A DNA stretch of 64,000 nucleotides, taken from assembly GCA_033763315.1 (NCBI GenBank), contig JANRKS010000029.1, positions 59,677-123,676 on the forward strand, in the 5' to 3' direction. Source of the DNA: Deltaproteobacteria bacterium (GTDB taxonomy: Bacteria > Myxococcota_A > Polyangia > Fen-1088). The notes beneath the pieces are model-generated. The model saw only the letters and a program-made list of their open reading frames with translations. It was not told the DNA's origin and searched no databases. The stretch's first letter is position 1. The number at the start of each line of letters is the position of its first letter. The position numbers and the translations under genes were made by a program. Positions 28,237 through 36,995 of this stretch are shown here, piece after piece.

Positions 28237-28698
28237 ATGCCAATCGACGTCCAGCTCAACGATATGCTTAAAGAGGCGATGCGGAACAAAGATTCCCGCG
28301 CCGCCAACTGTGTTCGCATGATCAAAACGAAGTTCATGGAGCGCCGCACGGCGCCCGGCTTCAAGGGCGAGCTGAATGATGAACTTTGGCTGGACGTTAT
28401 CACCGCCTACCAAAAGCAGATGAAGAAGAGCCGGGACGAATACGCGGGCCTCGGCGACCGCGGCGCTGAAGCGCTTGAGCAGCTCGACTATGAAATCGCG
28501 TTTTGCCAAAAGTTCCTGCCCCAATTGGCCGGTGAAGACGAAGTGCGGGCGGCCGTCAATGCGGTCGTGGCGGCGAGCGGCGTCACCGATGTCAAGCAAT
28601 CCGGCAAAGTGGTGGGCGAAGTCATGAAGGCCAACAAAGGCAAGTTCGACGCCGCGATGGTGAAGCGTTTGGTGGAAGAAGCCCTGGCGGCCAAATAA
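28237..28698 (+). CDS. GatB/YqeY domain protein
   Basis: LKEAMRNKD, FLPQL, GKVVGEVMKANKGKFD...VKRLVEEAL. Confidence 0.9.
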   Translation: MPIDVQLNDMLKEAMRNKDSRAANCVRMIKTKFMERRTAPGFKGELNDELWLDVITAYQKQMKKSRDEYAGLGDRGAEALEQLDYEIAFCQKFLPQLAGEDEVRAAVNAVVAASGVTDVKQSGKVVGEVMKANKGKFDAAMVKRLVEEALAAK

Positions 28699-28706
28699 AG
28701 AAGGAA

Positions 28707-28997
28707 ATGCAGATGAGCCTCAAGCACAACAGTTACTTCGATGGCCAAGTGCAAAGCATTGGCTTTGAACGCAACGGCCGCCGCGCCACCGCCGGCGTGA
28801 TCGCCGCGGGAGAGTTTCACTTTGGCACCGACGCGCCTGAACGCATGACGATCACCAGCGGTGTGCTTGAAGTGCGCTTGGCGGGCCAATCCGCGTGGGC
28901 GTTGTTCCCCGTGGGCACAGCGTTCGAGGTGCCGGGCAAAAGTGGCTTCGATGTGCGTGCCACCGCGCCTGTCGCCTACGTTTGCGAATTCCTGTAG
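28707..28997 (+). CDS. ppnP: Pyrimidine/purine nucleoside phosphorylase (YaiE/DUF1255)
   Basis: HNSYFDGQVQSIGF, GEFHFGTDAPERMTITSG, FEVPGKSGF, YVCEF. Confidence 0.92.
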   Translation: MQMSLKHNSYFDGQVQSIGFERNGRRATAGVIAAGEFHFGTDAPERMTITSGVLEVRLAGQSAWALFPVGTAFEVPGKSGFDVRATAPVAYVCEFL

Positions 28998-29092
28998 GCC
29001 TTCACCCACCGTCACCTCGCCCGCGCACCTCGTTGTGTCGCGGGCGTTTTCGTTTTCGCCCCTCGCGCCGACGCTGTAGCTTAAGTGGCTAA

Positions 29093-32000
29093 GTGACAGG
29101 CCTTCGCTTCATCGTGTGCGCAAGCGCATTGACCACGGTTTTGTTGTTCAACAGCAAGGCCAACGCCTCGGTGTGGTCGGTGCCTTGGCGCGCGGGGGCG
29201 GAAGCGCGCGATGTGATCACACTGGGCACACCGTCGGTGACATTAGACATTGCGCAAACGCGCGACGGCTATGTGTGGTTGGCCGCCATGAATGGTTTGT
29301 TCCGCTATGACGGCGATCGGCTGGCGAAGCAGGCGTTGGAGGGGGACGTGCCCGCGGTACGCAAGCTCATGCCGACGCGACGGGGCCAGCTGTGGGTGGC
29401 TGGCGGTGGCGGTTATCTCGATGTCGATGTGGGCACAGGCGATCCCTTTCTCGTTGGCTTGCGTGAAGGGCATGGCGGCCTGTTCGTTTTAGAGCAAGGT
29501 CAGACCAAACGCATCTTGCCTGCAGACGACGCTCCGGCGCACTGGGTGTGGAGCATGGGAGAGCTGGCTGATGGGCGCGTGGTGGCGGGCACGGAGAATG
29601 GCTTGTGGTTGATCGATCCTCGCGATGGCCAAAGCACGCCTGTGGCCGCCCCTGTGCCTGCGCATGCACGTCACGTGGCCGCGCTTTTGGTGCAGAGTAC
29701 GGCCGTTGGTGAGATCGTGTGGTTCGCGAACGCCGCGGGCGTATGGCGGTGGACCGTCGCGGGTCGCCAACCTCCCGAGCTTGTGTTCGCCATGGTGGGT
29801 GTGCGCGACGTGGTTTTCGCGCGAGGCGGATTCTGGATTGTCCAAGACGCCCACTTGCACCGTGTGAAGGAGGGCGTGATCGTACAAACGATCGCGGCGG
29901 CGGCTGGCGAGCAGTTCCGCTCGTTCTTGGATTCAGAGGGCGAGCCACCGTGGGTGGGCACAACGTTTGGTTTGCAGCGTCTGCGCGACGGAAAGTTGAA
30001 CGCCGCGGATGAAACGCTGCCCAAGCAAACGGTGCGTGCGCTTATGCGAGATCGCGAAGGCAATGTATGGGCCGCGTGCAAAGGCTCAGGCGCGGCGTTG
30101 CTGCGCGTGCCTGCGGTGCACAACCTGGGGCAACGCGAAGGGCTGCCCGCCGATGTTGTGTTGTCGTTGTTGCCGCAAACAGGGGCTTGGGATGCGATGT
30201 GGGCGGCAACGCGGGAGGGCCTGGTGCACATCAGCCGCGGCGAAATCACCGCTCGTCCCATGCCGCAAGAGGCACCTGATTGGCGCCTGCGCAATCTGGC
30301 CCAACAGAGCGATGGTACCTTGTGGGCCGGTTTTGATCGGCTGGGTCGCTACAAAGACGGCAGAACCAGCGTGATCTCGCCTGACGCTTTAGGTGGCCGT
30401 GTGCGAGCGCTCGCGGTGGATCCCAAACGCGAAACGCTGTGGCTTGGTTTTCTTGAAGGCGGGGCCAAAGCGTTTCGCCATGGCGATCTCCTGCAGCCTG
30501 AACCCGTGCCGCAGGGATTGTGCCCAGGGCCGGTCAACGGCATCGTGCCCGCGCAAGGCGGCGAGGTGTGGTTCTTGAGCCCGCGTGGCGTTGCCCTGTT
30601 GCCGAGCGATGCCACAAACGCGCGTTGCTATCCAATCGAAGGACTCGGTTCAACATCCGTCACGGGCTTGGTGCAAGACGGTGACGGCACCGCGTGGATC
30701 ACAGCCACGGGATCACACGGATTGCTGAGGCTATCGCACGACGTGGTGACTGCTGTTCCTAGGGCGGCGGAATTTCCGCCTTCGTCGCTTTACGCCGCCG
30801 CCCGCGATAGCCGTGGCAGCCTGTGGTTTTCAAGCTATCAAGGTGTCTTTAACGTCCAGGCCGAAGCGCTCGATCGGTGGACACGCGGCGAAGGCCCCGT
30901 ACCGCTCGTGTTTCATGTTGATAATGAGGCGGGCATGCGCAGCGCGGATTGCCAAACCAGCTTCGGACCCACGCTTGTGCCTTGGGGCGATGGCGGCGTC
31001 ATGGTGGCCACCGCCTTGGGCGTGGCGGCGATTAAGCCGGCGCACGCTTTGCCGCGGCCCCACATCGAGCCTGTGGTTGATGTTGTGTTCGTGGATGGCG
31101 TGCCGATCAACGCTGCCCACGTGATCCCGCCGGGCGCCCAGCGCATCGAAATCCGCTACAGCGCACCCACCTTTGTGGCGGGTGCGAAACCTCGTTTCGA
31201 GCAGCGTCTGGACGGGGTGGATGCCACGTGGCGCGCGGTGGGTGAACTGCGCTCAGCCCTGTTTGCAAAGCTTCCGGCGCGGGATTATGCCCTGCGAATT
31301 CGGATCGTGGGTGAGCCGCAAAGAAGCGCTGTTGTGGCGTTCAAGGTGCTTGCCCCTTGGTATCGTCGACCGCTGTTCTTGGTGATGGTGGTGGTGGCGG
31401 TTTTAGCGCTGTTCGTCTTGTTTTACCGGTGGCGCATCAACCAATTGGCCGCAGGTTTCAACGCCATCACGAAAGAACGCACCCGCATCGCCCGCGATTG
31501 GCACGATGGCCTGTCACAGGTCTTCTTGGGCATCGGCTATCAGCTTGAGGCTATGCGCATGAGGCTTGCGAAGGGAACCGTAACTGCAGCGGATCCCAGC
31601 TTGCTGACGATCATCGACGAAGCCGCGGCGATGATCAAAGGTGCGCAGCAAGACGTGAAAAAAACGTTGTGGGATCTGCGCGATGGCGACGGTGATAAGA
31701 ATCGCTTCTTGGCGCTGTTCGATGAACTGGCACATACCTCGCGCAAACGTTTCAACGTCAACGTTCAGATAAAAGTCAGTGGCACGTTGCCACGAGCAGG
31801 ACAGATCACCGAGGAATGGCCGCGGATCGCGCAAGAGGCGGTGACAAACGCTGTAAGGCATGGGAAGGCCAAGAATATCTTTGTGGTGTTGGCGTTCGAC
31901 GGACCGCTGGCCACGCTCACAATTGATGATGACGGCATAGGTGTGCAACCAACAAGCGGCAACCGTGGGTCATTCGGTCTTGTGGGCATGCGCGAACGCG

Positions 32001-32125
32001 CGGCACGTTGTGGCGGAACTTTAGTTGTTGAGCCCGCTCCCGGTGGGGTGGGAACGCGTCTGCAGGTTGTAGTAGACTCAAACGTGCATGGGAAACAACG
32101 TCATTCGGGTGTTGATCGCGGATGA
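29093..32125 (+). CDS. Sensor histidine kinase (periplasmic beta-propeller, Y_Y_Y, TM, HisKA_3, HATPase)
   Basis: QTRDGYVWLA / RDREGNVW propeller repeats; PWYRRPLF TM; ERTRIARDWHDGLSQ; QEAVTNAVRH, DDGIG, FGLVGMRER. Confidence 0.93.
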   Translation: MTGLRFIVCASALTTVLLFNSKANASVWSVPWRAGAEARDVITLGTPSVTLDIAQTRDGYVWLAAMNGLFRYDGDRLAKQALEGDVPAVRKLMPTRRGQLWVAGGGGYLDVDVGTGDPFLVGLREGHGGLFVLEQGQTKRILPADDAPAHWVWSMGELADGRVVAGTENGLWLIDPRDGQSTPVAAPVPAHARHVAALLVQSTAVGEIVWFANAAGVWRWTVAGRQPPELVFAMVGVRDVVFARGGFWIVQDAHLHRVKEGVIVQTIAAAAGEQFRSFLDSEGEPPWVGTTFGLQRLRDGKLNAADETLPKQTVRALMRDREGNVWAACKGSGAALLRVPAVHNLGQREGLPADVVLSLLPQTGAWDAMWAATREGLVHISRGEITARPMPQEAPDWRLRNLAQQSDGTLWAGFDRLGRYKDGRTSVISPDALGGRVRALAVDPKRETLWLGFLEGGAKAFRHGDLLQPEPVPQGLCPGPVNGIVPAQGGEVWFLSPRGVALLPSDATNARCYPIEGLGSTSVTGLVQDGDGTAWITATGSHGLLRLSHDVVTAVPRAAEFPPSSLYAAARDSRGSLWFSSYQGVFNVQAEALDRWTRGEGPVPLVFHVDNEAGMRSADCQTSFGPTLVPWGDGGVMVATALGVAAIKPAHALPRPHIEPVVDVVFVDGVPINAAHVIPPGAQRIEIRYSAPTFVAGAKPRFEQRLDGVDATWRAVGELRSALFAKLPARDYALRIRIVGEPQRSAVVAFKVLAPWYRRPLFLVMVVVAVLALFVLFYRWRINQLAAGFNAITKERTRIARDWHDGLSQVFLGIGYQLEAMRMRLAKGTVTAADPSLLTIIDEAAAMIKGAQQDVKKTLWDLRDGDGDKNRFLALFDELAHTSRKRFNVNVQIKVSGTLPRAGQITEEWPRIAQEAVTNAVRHGKAKNIFVVLAFDGPLATLTIDDDGIGVQPTSGNRGSFGLVGMRERAARCGGTLVVEPAPGGVGTRLQVVVDSNVHGKQRHSGVDRG

Positions 32126-32717
32126 TCATCCCGTGGCACGCAAGGGCGTGGCGTCCTTGCTTGCCGCCAGCGCCGGGGTGGACGTGGTCGGCGAGGTGAG
32201 CAATGGCGCTGAGGTGCTGGCGCTCTACCCAAACTTGAAGCCCGATGTTGTGGTGACCGATCTGCGGATGCCGGTGCTTGATGGCGTGGCACTGACCCGC
32301 GCACTGTTGGCGTTCGACGCGCAGGCGCGCGTGCTCATCTTCACGCATTACGATGGCGACGAGCAGGTGCTGCAAGCGTTGCGGGCGGGCGCGCGCGGAT
32401 ATCTCACGAAAGACGCCGAAGGCGCCGTGTTGCTTTCCGCCATCACCACTTTGGCCAAAGGCGGGCTCTACATCCCTGCGGAACTGGCAGGACGCTATGC
32501 GGAGATTGTAAGTCGCCCGTCGCTGAGCCCGCGCGAGCGTGAAACTTTGGGTTTGATGGCGCAAGGCCTAACCAACCCGCAAATCGCGGGCCGCCTTGGC
32601 ATCAGCGAACGCACCGTGGCGCTGCACGTGGGCAACGTTTTGGCGAAGATGGGCGCCAAAACACGCACCGAAGCTGTCACCTTAGGTGCACGCAGCGGCC
32701 TATTGGACGTGGATTGA
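32088..32717 (+). CDS. NarL/FixJ-family response regulator (REC + LuxR HTH)
   Basis: IADDHP, DLRMP, GYLTK, LSPRERE...GLTNPQIA...TV..HV.N. Confidence 0.95.
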   Translation: MGNNVIRVLIADDHPVARKGVASLLAASAGVDVVGEVSNGAEVLALYPNLKPDVVVTDLRMPVLDGVALTRALLAFDAQARVLIFTHYDGDEQVLQALRAGARGYLTKDAEGAVLLSAITTLAKGGLYIPAELAGRYAEIVSRPSLSPRERETLGLMAQGLTNPQIAGRLGISERTVALHVGNVLAKMGAKTRTEAVTLGARSGLLDVD

Positions 32718-32728
32718 TGTCCAGGGGG

Positions 32729-32752
32729 ACCCCTGTCTGATCTGACAGGGGT
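32729..32752. promoter_or_regulatory. Palindrome upstream of DUF1592, candidate response-regulator site (or terminator hairpin)
   Basis: ACCCCTGTC-TGATCT-GACAGGGGT, a perfect 9-bp inverted repeat. Confidence 0.55.
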
Positions 32753-32859
32753 GGCTGGCACATCGCGCGCAACAACGCTGCGGATCCTTCCATCCCTTGC
32801 CACCGCTTTCATCGCCTACCGTTAAGAACGCAACATTTTGGCGTTTTTGGAGGTGCCGA

Positions 32860-34596
32860 ATGAAGTCCCTGGCCCCACGTTCTGTATGTTTGTCACTGCC
32901 GCGCTCGACGCTGGCATTTGTTTTCGTCGCCTCGACGTTCACGGCGTGCACAGCGACGATGAATCCATCCGGTGGCGATGATGATGGGGCGGGTGGATCG
33001 GCTGGTGGAGGCGATGCGGGAGGCAAGGGCGCAGACGCTGCACAAGGCGGCAACGCCGGTGGCGCCATGGCGGCGCCCGCCTTGGGCGTTGTGCCTCTGC
33101 GCCGCCTGACCAAACGGGAATATGAAAACACGATCAGGGATCTGTTGGGTGCGCCGGCAAGCTACGCCGCCGGCTATCCGGTAGATGACGTAAGCAAGCA
33201 CGGCTTTGCCACCGCCACGAACACCTCAGAGTTGATGGCCACGTCAACGATGGAGGCAGCTGATGGCTTGGCGCGTTTTGCGGTGGGAAAACTAAACACA
33301 CTGCTGCCCTGTTCCACCGCCGGGGACGACGCGTGCGCAACATCGCTTATCGAAAACCTTGGTCAACGCGCGTTTCGCCGGCCACTGCTCACCAGTGAGA
33401 AACAAGAGCTGTTTGCGCTTTACAACTATGGGCGAAAAGAGCTGGCCCTTGACTTCAAAGGTGGCGTTCGCGTGTTGCTCACAGCGATGCTGCAGGCCCC
33501 TCAATTTCTTTATCATTGGGAGCAAGGTGAGCAATCTGTGGCCAAACAAGACGATGGCAGCGTCAGCTTGGGCGCCTACCACTTGGCCTCGCGTCTTTCT
33601 TATTTTCTGTGGGGCTCGATGCCTGATGCTGCGTTGTTCGAGGCCGCCGCGAACAACCGCTTAAGCGATCCGGGCGAGCGCGAGACGCAGGCGCGGCGAT
33701 TGCTGGCAGACGCCAAGGGGCGGGGGACGGTATCCGACTTCTTTACGCAGCTGCTTTACCTCGATGGTGTGGTGCGCGCAGAGAAGGACACGCAGTCGCA
33801 TCCCGAATGGACGGCAGCCGTGAGAGCGGCCGCGTTGCTTGAGAGCCAGAAGTTCGTGCAAGACGTTGTGCTGGATGGCGATGGCACGTGGCGATCGCTG
33901 ATGACCGCCAATGGCTCGTTCGTCGATGAACCGTTGGGCAAACTCTATGGCGTGACGAACGTCAAAGGTACGAGCCTCGCCAAGGCAGACTTGCCTTTCA
34001 GCCAGCGCGCCGGGCTACTCACGCGGGCGGCGTTTTTGGCGGCGCATTCAGGGCCCACGGACACCGCGCTGGTCACGCCGATTCACCGCGGGCAAACGGT
34101 GCGCAAACGGCTGCTTTGCCAAACCATACCGCCGCCCATGGCCAACATACAGTCGCGGGCTTCAAGTGGTACCACCACGCGCGAGCGGCTCAATAGCCAC
34201 GTGGCGGATCCCGCGTGCGCGGCTTGCCACACGCTGATGGACGATCTTGGATTCGCATTCGAGAATTACGACGCCACGGGCCGTTGGCGCACGATGGACA
34301 ACGGCAAGCCCGTGGACGCAAGTGGCATCATCTCGGCGCTGGACAGTGGTGAGCCGACGTTCAACAACGGCCTTGAGCTTGCTAAGCTCCTGGCGAACAC
34401 ACCCGAGGTCAACGAATGTGTGGCCTCAAGCCTGCTTCGCTATGGGCTTGGCCGCATGGATACCGAGGGCGAAGCGAAGTCCCTGTTGGGGACGCTGCAA
34501 GGGGATGAACTCAATGTGCGCGAGGCACTGATCAAGGTGGCCGCGTCGCGCGGCTTTGCATTTCGTTTGCTGTCACAAGGCGAGGTTTTGCCATGA
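32860..34596 (+). CDS. DUF1592-family (DUF1587/1595/1592/1588/1585) cytochrome c-like lipoprotein
   Basis: GGAGG RBS; lipobox FTAC; LRRLTKREYENTIRDLLG, RAFRRPL, LASRLSYFLW.SMPD, PIHRG, CAACH, GFAFENYD..GRWR. Confidence 0.93.
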   Translation: MKSLAPRSVCLSLPRSTLAFVFVASTFTACTATMNPSGGDDDGAGGSAGGGDAGGKGADAAQGGNAGGAMAAPALGVVPLRRLTKREYENTIRDLLGAPASYAAGYPVDDVSKHGFATATNTSELMATSTMEAADGLARFAVGKLNTLLPCSTAGDDACATSLIENLGQRAFRRPLLTSEKQELFALYNYGRKELALDFKGGVRVLLTAMLQAPQFLYHWEQGEQSVAKQDDGSVSLGAYHLASRLSYFLWGSMPDAALFEAAANNRLSDPGERETQARRLLADAKGRGTVSDFFTQLLYLDGVVRAEKDTQSHPEWTAAVRAAALLESQKFVQDVVLDGDGTWRSLMTANGSFVDEPLGKLYGVTNVKGTSLAKADLPFSQRAGLLTRAAFLAAHSGPTDTALVTPIHRGQTVRKRLLCQTIPPPMANIQSRASSGTTTRERLNSHVADPACAACHTLMDDLGFAFENYDATGRWRTMDNGKPVDASGIISALDSGEPTFNNGLELAKLLANTPEVNECVASSLLRYGLGRMDTEGEAKSLLGTLQGDELNVREALIKVAASRGFAFRLLSQGEVLP

Positions 34597-36050
34597 AGCT
34601 TATCCGAGATTGGACTTCGAGCCGTCGCGCGTTTTTGAAGGCCTCGGGCCTAGGCGCCGCCATGCTGCCCGTTTTGTCATTCGAGCGCGCGGCCAAAGGC
34701 GCCACCGCGCCCCACCGGCTGCTGGTGATTGTGTCACCCAACGGATGGGTGCACGACACGTTCATCCCCAAGAGCGCAACGGCCGCCGCATTGTCAGGGC
34801 TGACACTGCCTGATGGCACAAAGCCGCTTGAGCCGCACAAGGCCGATGTCAACTTCATCCCAGGCTTGGAATACCGCAACTATAAGGCGTTTTATCCAAG
34901 CACAGTGGATTACGTGGATTGCCACCATTCGTTGCCGCACCTGTTAAACGGCAAGATTGGCGTGATGGGCAAAAACTCGTCGTCGCGGCCACAGGATGGC
35001 GCTTCGGGTTACCGTCCCGCTGGCGGTGGGAAGTCCATCGATCAATGGTGGGCCGATCTACAAGTTCAAGCGGGCGCTAAACTTGCCTATCCCAACTTGG
35101 TCCTGGGCATTCAGAACGAAAGCTGCTGTGAACCTACAATGGTGCAAGCCTCCTACCGCGATGCCGACCAGCCGAATTCGGTTGAAAACGACCCGTATCG
35201 CTTGAATCAACGCTTGTTTGCAAACCTTGCGTTGAATCAAGTCGAGATCGAGAAGCTGAACAAAGAGCGCAAGAGCGTCTTAGATTACGTGGGCAAGAAC
35301 ATTGATTCTTTCGCGAAGAAGCTTGGCACAGAAGATCGCCAATTGGTGCAGCAACACCTTGAGTCTGTCCGTCGGATTGAATCGAATCTACAATCCACCT
35401 TGGCAACGGGGTGCCAAAAGCCCAACGTGGGCGCCGCCATGAACATCACATCCAACGTCAACGTGCCCGCTTTGATCAACGCACAGTTTGATAACGTGGC
35501 CGCGGCCATGGCGTGTGACACCACACGGGCGGCGGTGGTGTCGTTGGCCAACGGTGGGGGTGGCTGGTTTCCCGAATGGCTCAACAACCCTGACTTCAAC
35601 GGCGGCCCCCTGGCGGGCAATGCCGGCAACAACCGCAACCATCATGATCTCGCACACGCGTCGGGCTCGAACGCAGAGGCAAAACGACTTAAAACGATTC
35701 TTGAAAGCTGGTTCATGGCGCAGTTTGCGGGCTTGATCACGCGCTTCAAGGCAATCAAAGAGGGCAGCGGCACCATGTTGGACAACACGATCATCTTGTG
35801 GGTGAACAACATGGGCACGGGTGATCACTCGTGGCGCCACAACGTGTGGGTCACCGCGGGCGGCAAAGGCATGGGCTTTGCCACAGGCCAATACCTGCCG
35901 CAGGGCGAATGGGCGAGCCGCGGCTTAAGCGGCGCGTGTGTGCCACAAAACGGCGTGCTCACCGCCATTGCCAACGCGCTTGCCGGTGCCAACATGACGT
36001 CGTTCGGCGACGCGCAATTTGGCGGTCAAATACCAGGCCTTCGTGCGTAA
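34593..36050 (+). CDS. DUF1552 (HXXSHH-family) Tat-exported protein
   Basis: SRRAFLK Tat motif; SPNG, SIDQ, RKSVLD, AMACDTTR, HHDLAH, GTMLDNT. Confidence 0.92.
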   Translation: MKLIRDWTSSRRAFLKASGLGAAMLPVLSFERAAKGATAPHRLLVIVSPNGWVHDTFIPKSATAAALSGLTLPDGTKPLEPHKADVNFIPGLEYRNYKAFYPSTVDYVDCHHSLPHLLNGKIGVMGKNSSSRPQDGASGYRPAGGGKSIDQWWADLQVQAGAKLAYPNLVLGIQNESCCEPTMVQASYRDADQPNSVENDPYRLNQRLFANLALNQVEIEKLNKERKSVLDYVGKNIDSFAKKLGTEDRQLVQQHLESVRRIESNLQSTLATGCQKPNVGAAMNITSNVNVPALINAQFDNVAAAMACDTTRAAVVSLANGGGGWFPEWLNNPDFNGGPLAGNAGNNRNHHDLAHASGSNAEAKRLKTILESWFMAQFAGLITRFKAIKEGSGTMLDNTIILWVNNMGTGDHSWRHNVWVTAGGKGMGFATGQYLPQGEWASRGLSGACVPQNGVLTAIANALAGANMTSFGDAQFGGQIPGLRA

Positions 36051-36053
36051 GTG

Positions 36054-36911
36054 ATGCGCCGACGGCATTTTTTAGCGGCCGCTGGTGGCGCGGTGTGCCT
36101 GGCGCCGGCCGCTGCGTTTGCTGGCAAAGCGTGGCAGCCGCTTTGGAACGGGCGTGATCTGCAGGGCTGGACCACGTGGGTGGGCATCCCGCACCGATCA
36201 CGTGTGGGGTTGCCGCTGCCGAAGAACCCAGACGGAACCTACGCCGAGCCACTTGGCGAAAACAACGATCCGCGGGGCGTCTACACTGTGGTCGAGCGTG
36301 ATGGTCAAAAGCTCTTGCGCATCTCGGGAGAGTTGTTTGGCGCGCTTACCACGCTGGCAACGTTTGGCGATTATCACCTTTATGCGAAGTGGTGTTGGGG
36401 TGAAAAGCAATGGAAGCCTCGTGCCACGGGCCCGCGCGACGCAGGCATTCTGTTGCACGCCACGGGTAAACACGGCGCATCGGGGCCAAGCCACAACTGG
36501 ATGCGTTCCATCGAGTGCCAAATTCAAGAGGGCGATTGTGGCGACTTGTGGAGCGTGGGCGGTGTGCAAGTCAAAGCGCGGGCGGTGCCGTACCAAGAAG
36601 GCGCTACACCAGCGTTGCGTTTCGATCCGGCGGCTCGGCGCATCGACGTGCCGCTAAACGATCCGACGCACGAGCCGCGCGTGCGGCGCAGCCACAACGC
36701 TGAGCGCCCTCGCGGTCAATGGAACGTGACCGAGATCATCACGCGTGGCAACGCTGCCACTTTCGTCGTCAACGGGGCTCGCGTGATGGAATATGAAGAT
36801 GCGCATATCCTGGAAGAAGGAAGGCGTGTGCCGCTGCGCCGGGGCCGCATCCAGTTGCAATCAGAAGGCGCTGAGATCTTTTTCGCAGACGTGCGGCTGC
36901 GCGGCTTGTGA
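36054..36911 (+). CDS. DUF1080 (3-keto-disaccharide hydrolase family) Tat-exported protein
   Basis: RRRHFL; LWNGRDLQGW, RDAGIL, ECQIQEGDCGD, GQWN, GRIQLQSEGAEIFF. Confidence 0.92.
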   Translation: MRRRHFLAAAGGAVCLAPAAAFAGKAWQPLWNGRDLQGWTTWVGIPHRSRVGLPLPKNPDGTYAEPLGENNDPRGVYTVVERDGQKLLRISGELFGALTTLATFGDYHLYAKWCWGEKQWKPRATGPRDAGILLHATGKHGASGPSHNWMRSIECQIQEGDCGDLWSVGGVQVKARAVPYQEGATPALRFDPAARRIDVPLNDPTHEPRVRRSHNAERPRGQWNVTEIITRGNAATFVVNGARVMEYEDAHILEEGRRVPLRRGRIQLQSEGAEIFFADVRLRGL

Positions 36912-36995
36912 CGTGGGGCTCTGCGGGCGGCGAACGAGCCACAATCTCTGCGCTTCGCGGATGAATGCGCTTTTTTTACACCGCGCGCGCCATGA

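Noticed and set aside
32756-32771. TGGCAC-ATCGC-GCGCA sigma54-like site before DUF1592
   Set aside because: GG-N10-GC is present but the TT of TTGC is missing, and the adjacent regulator is NarL-type rather than an EBP; may be chance in GC-rich DNA.
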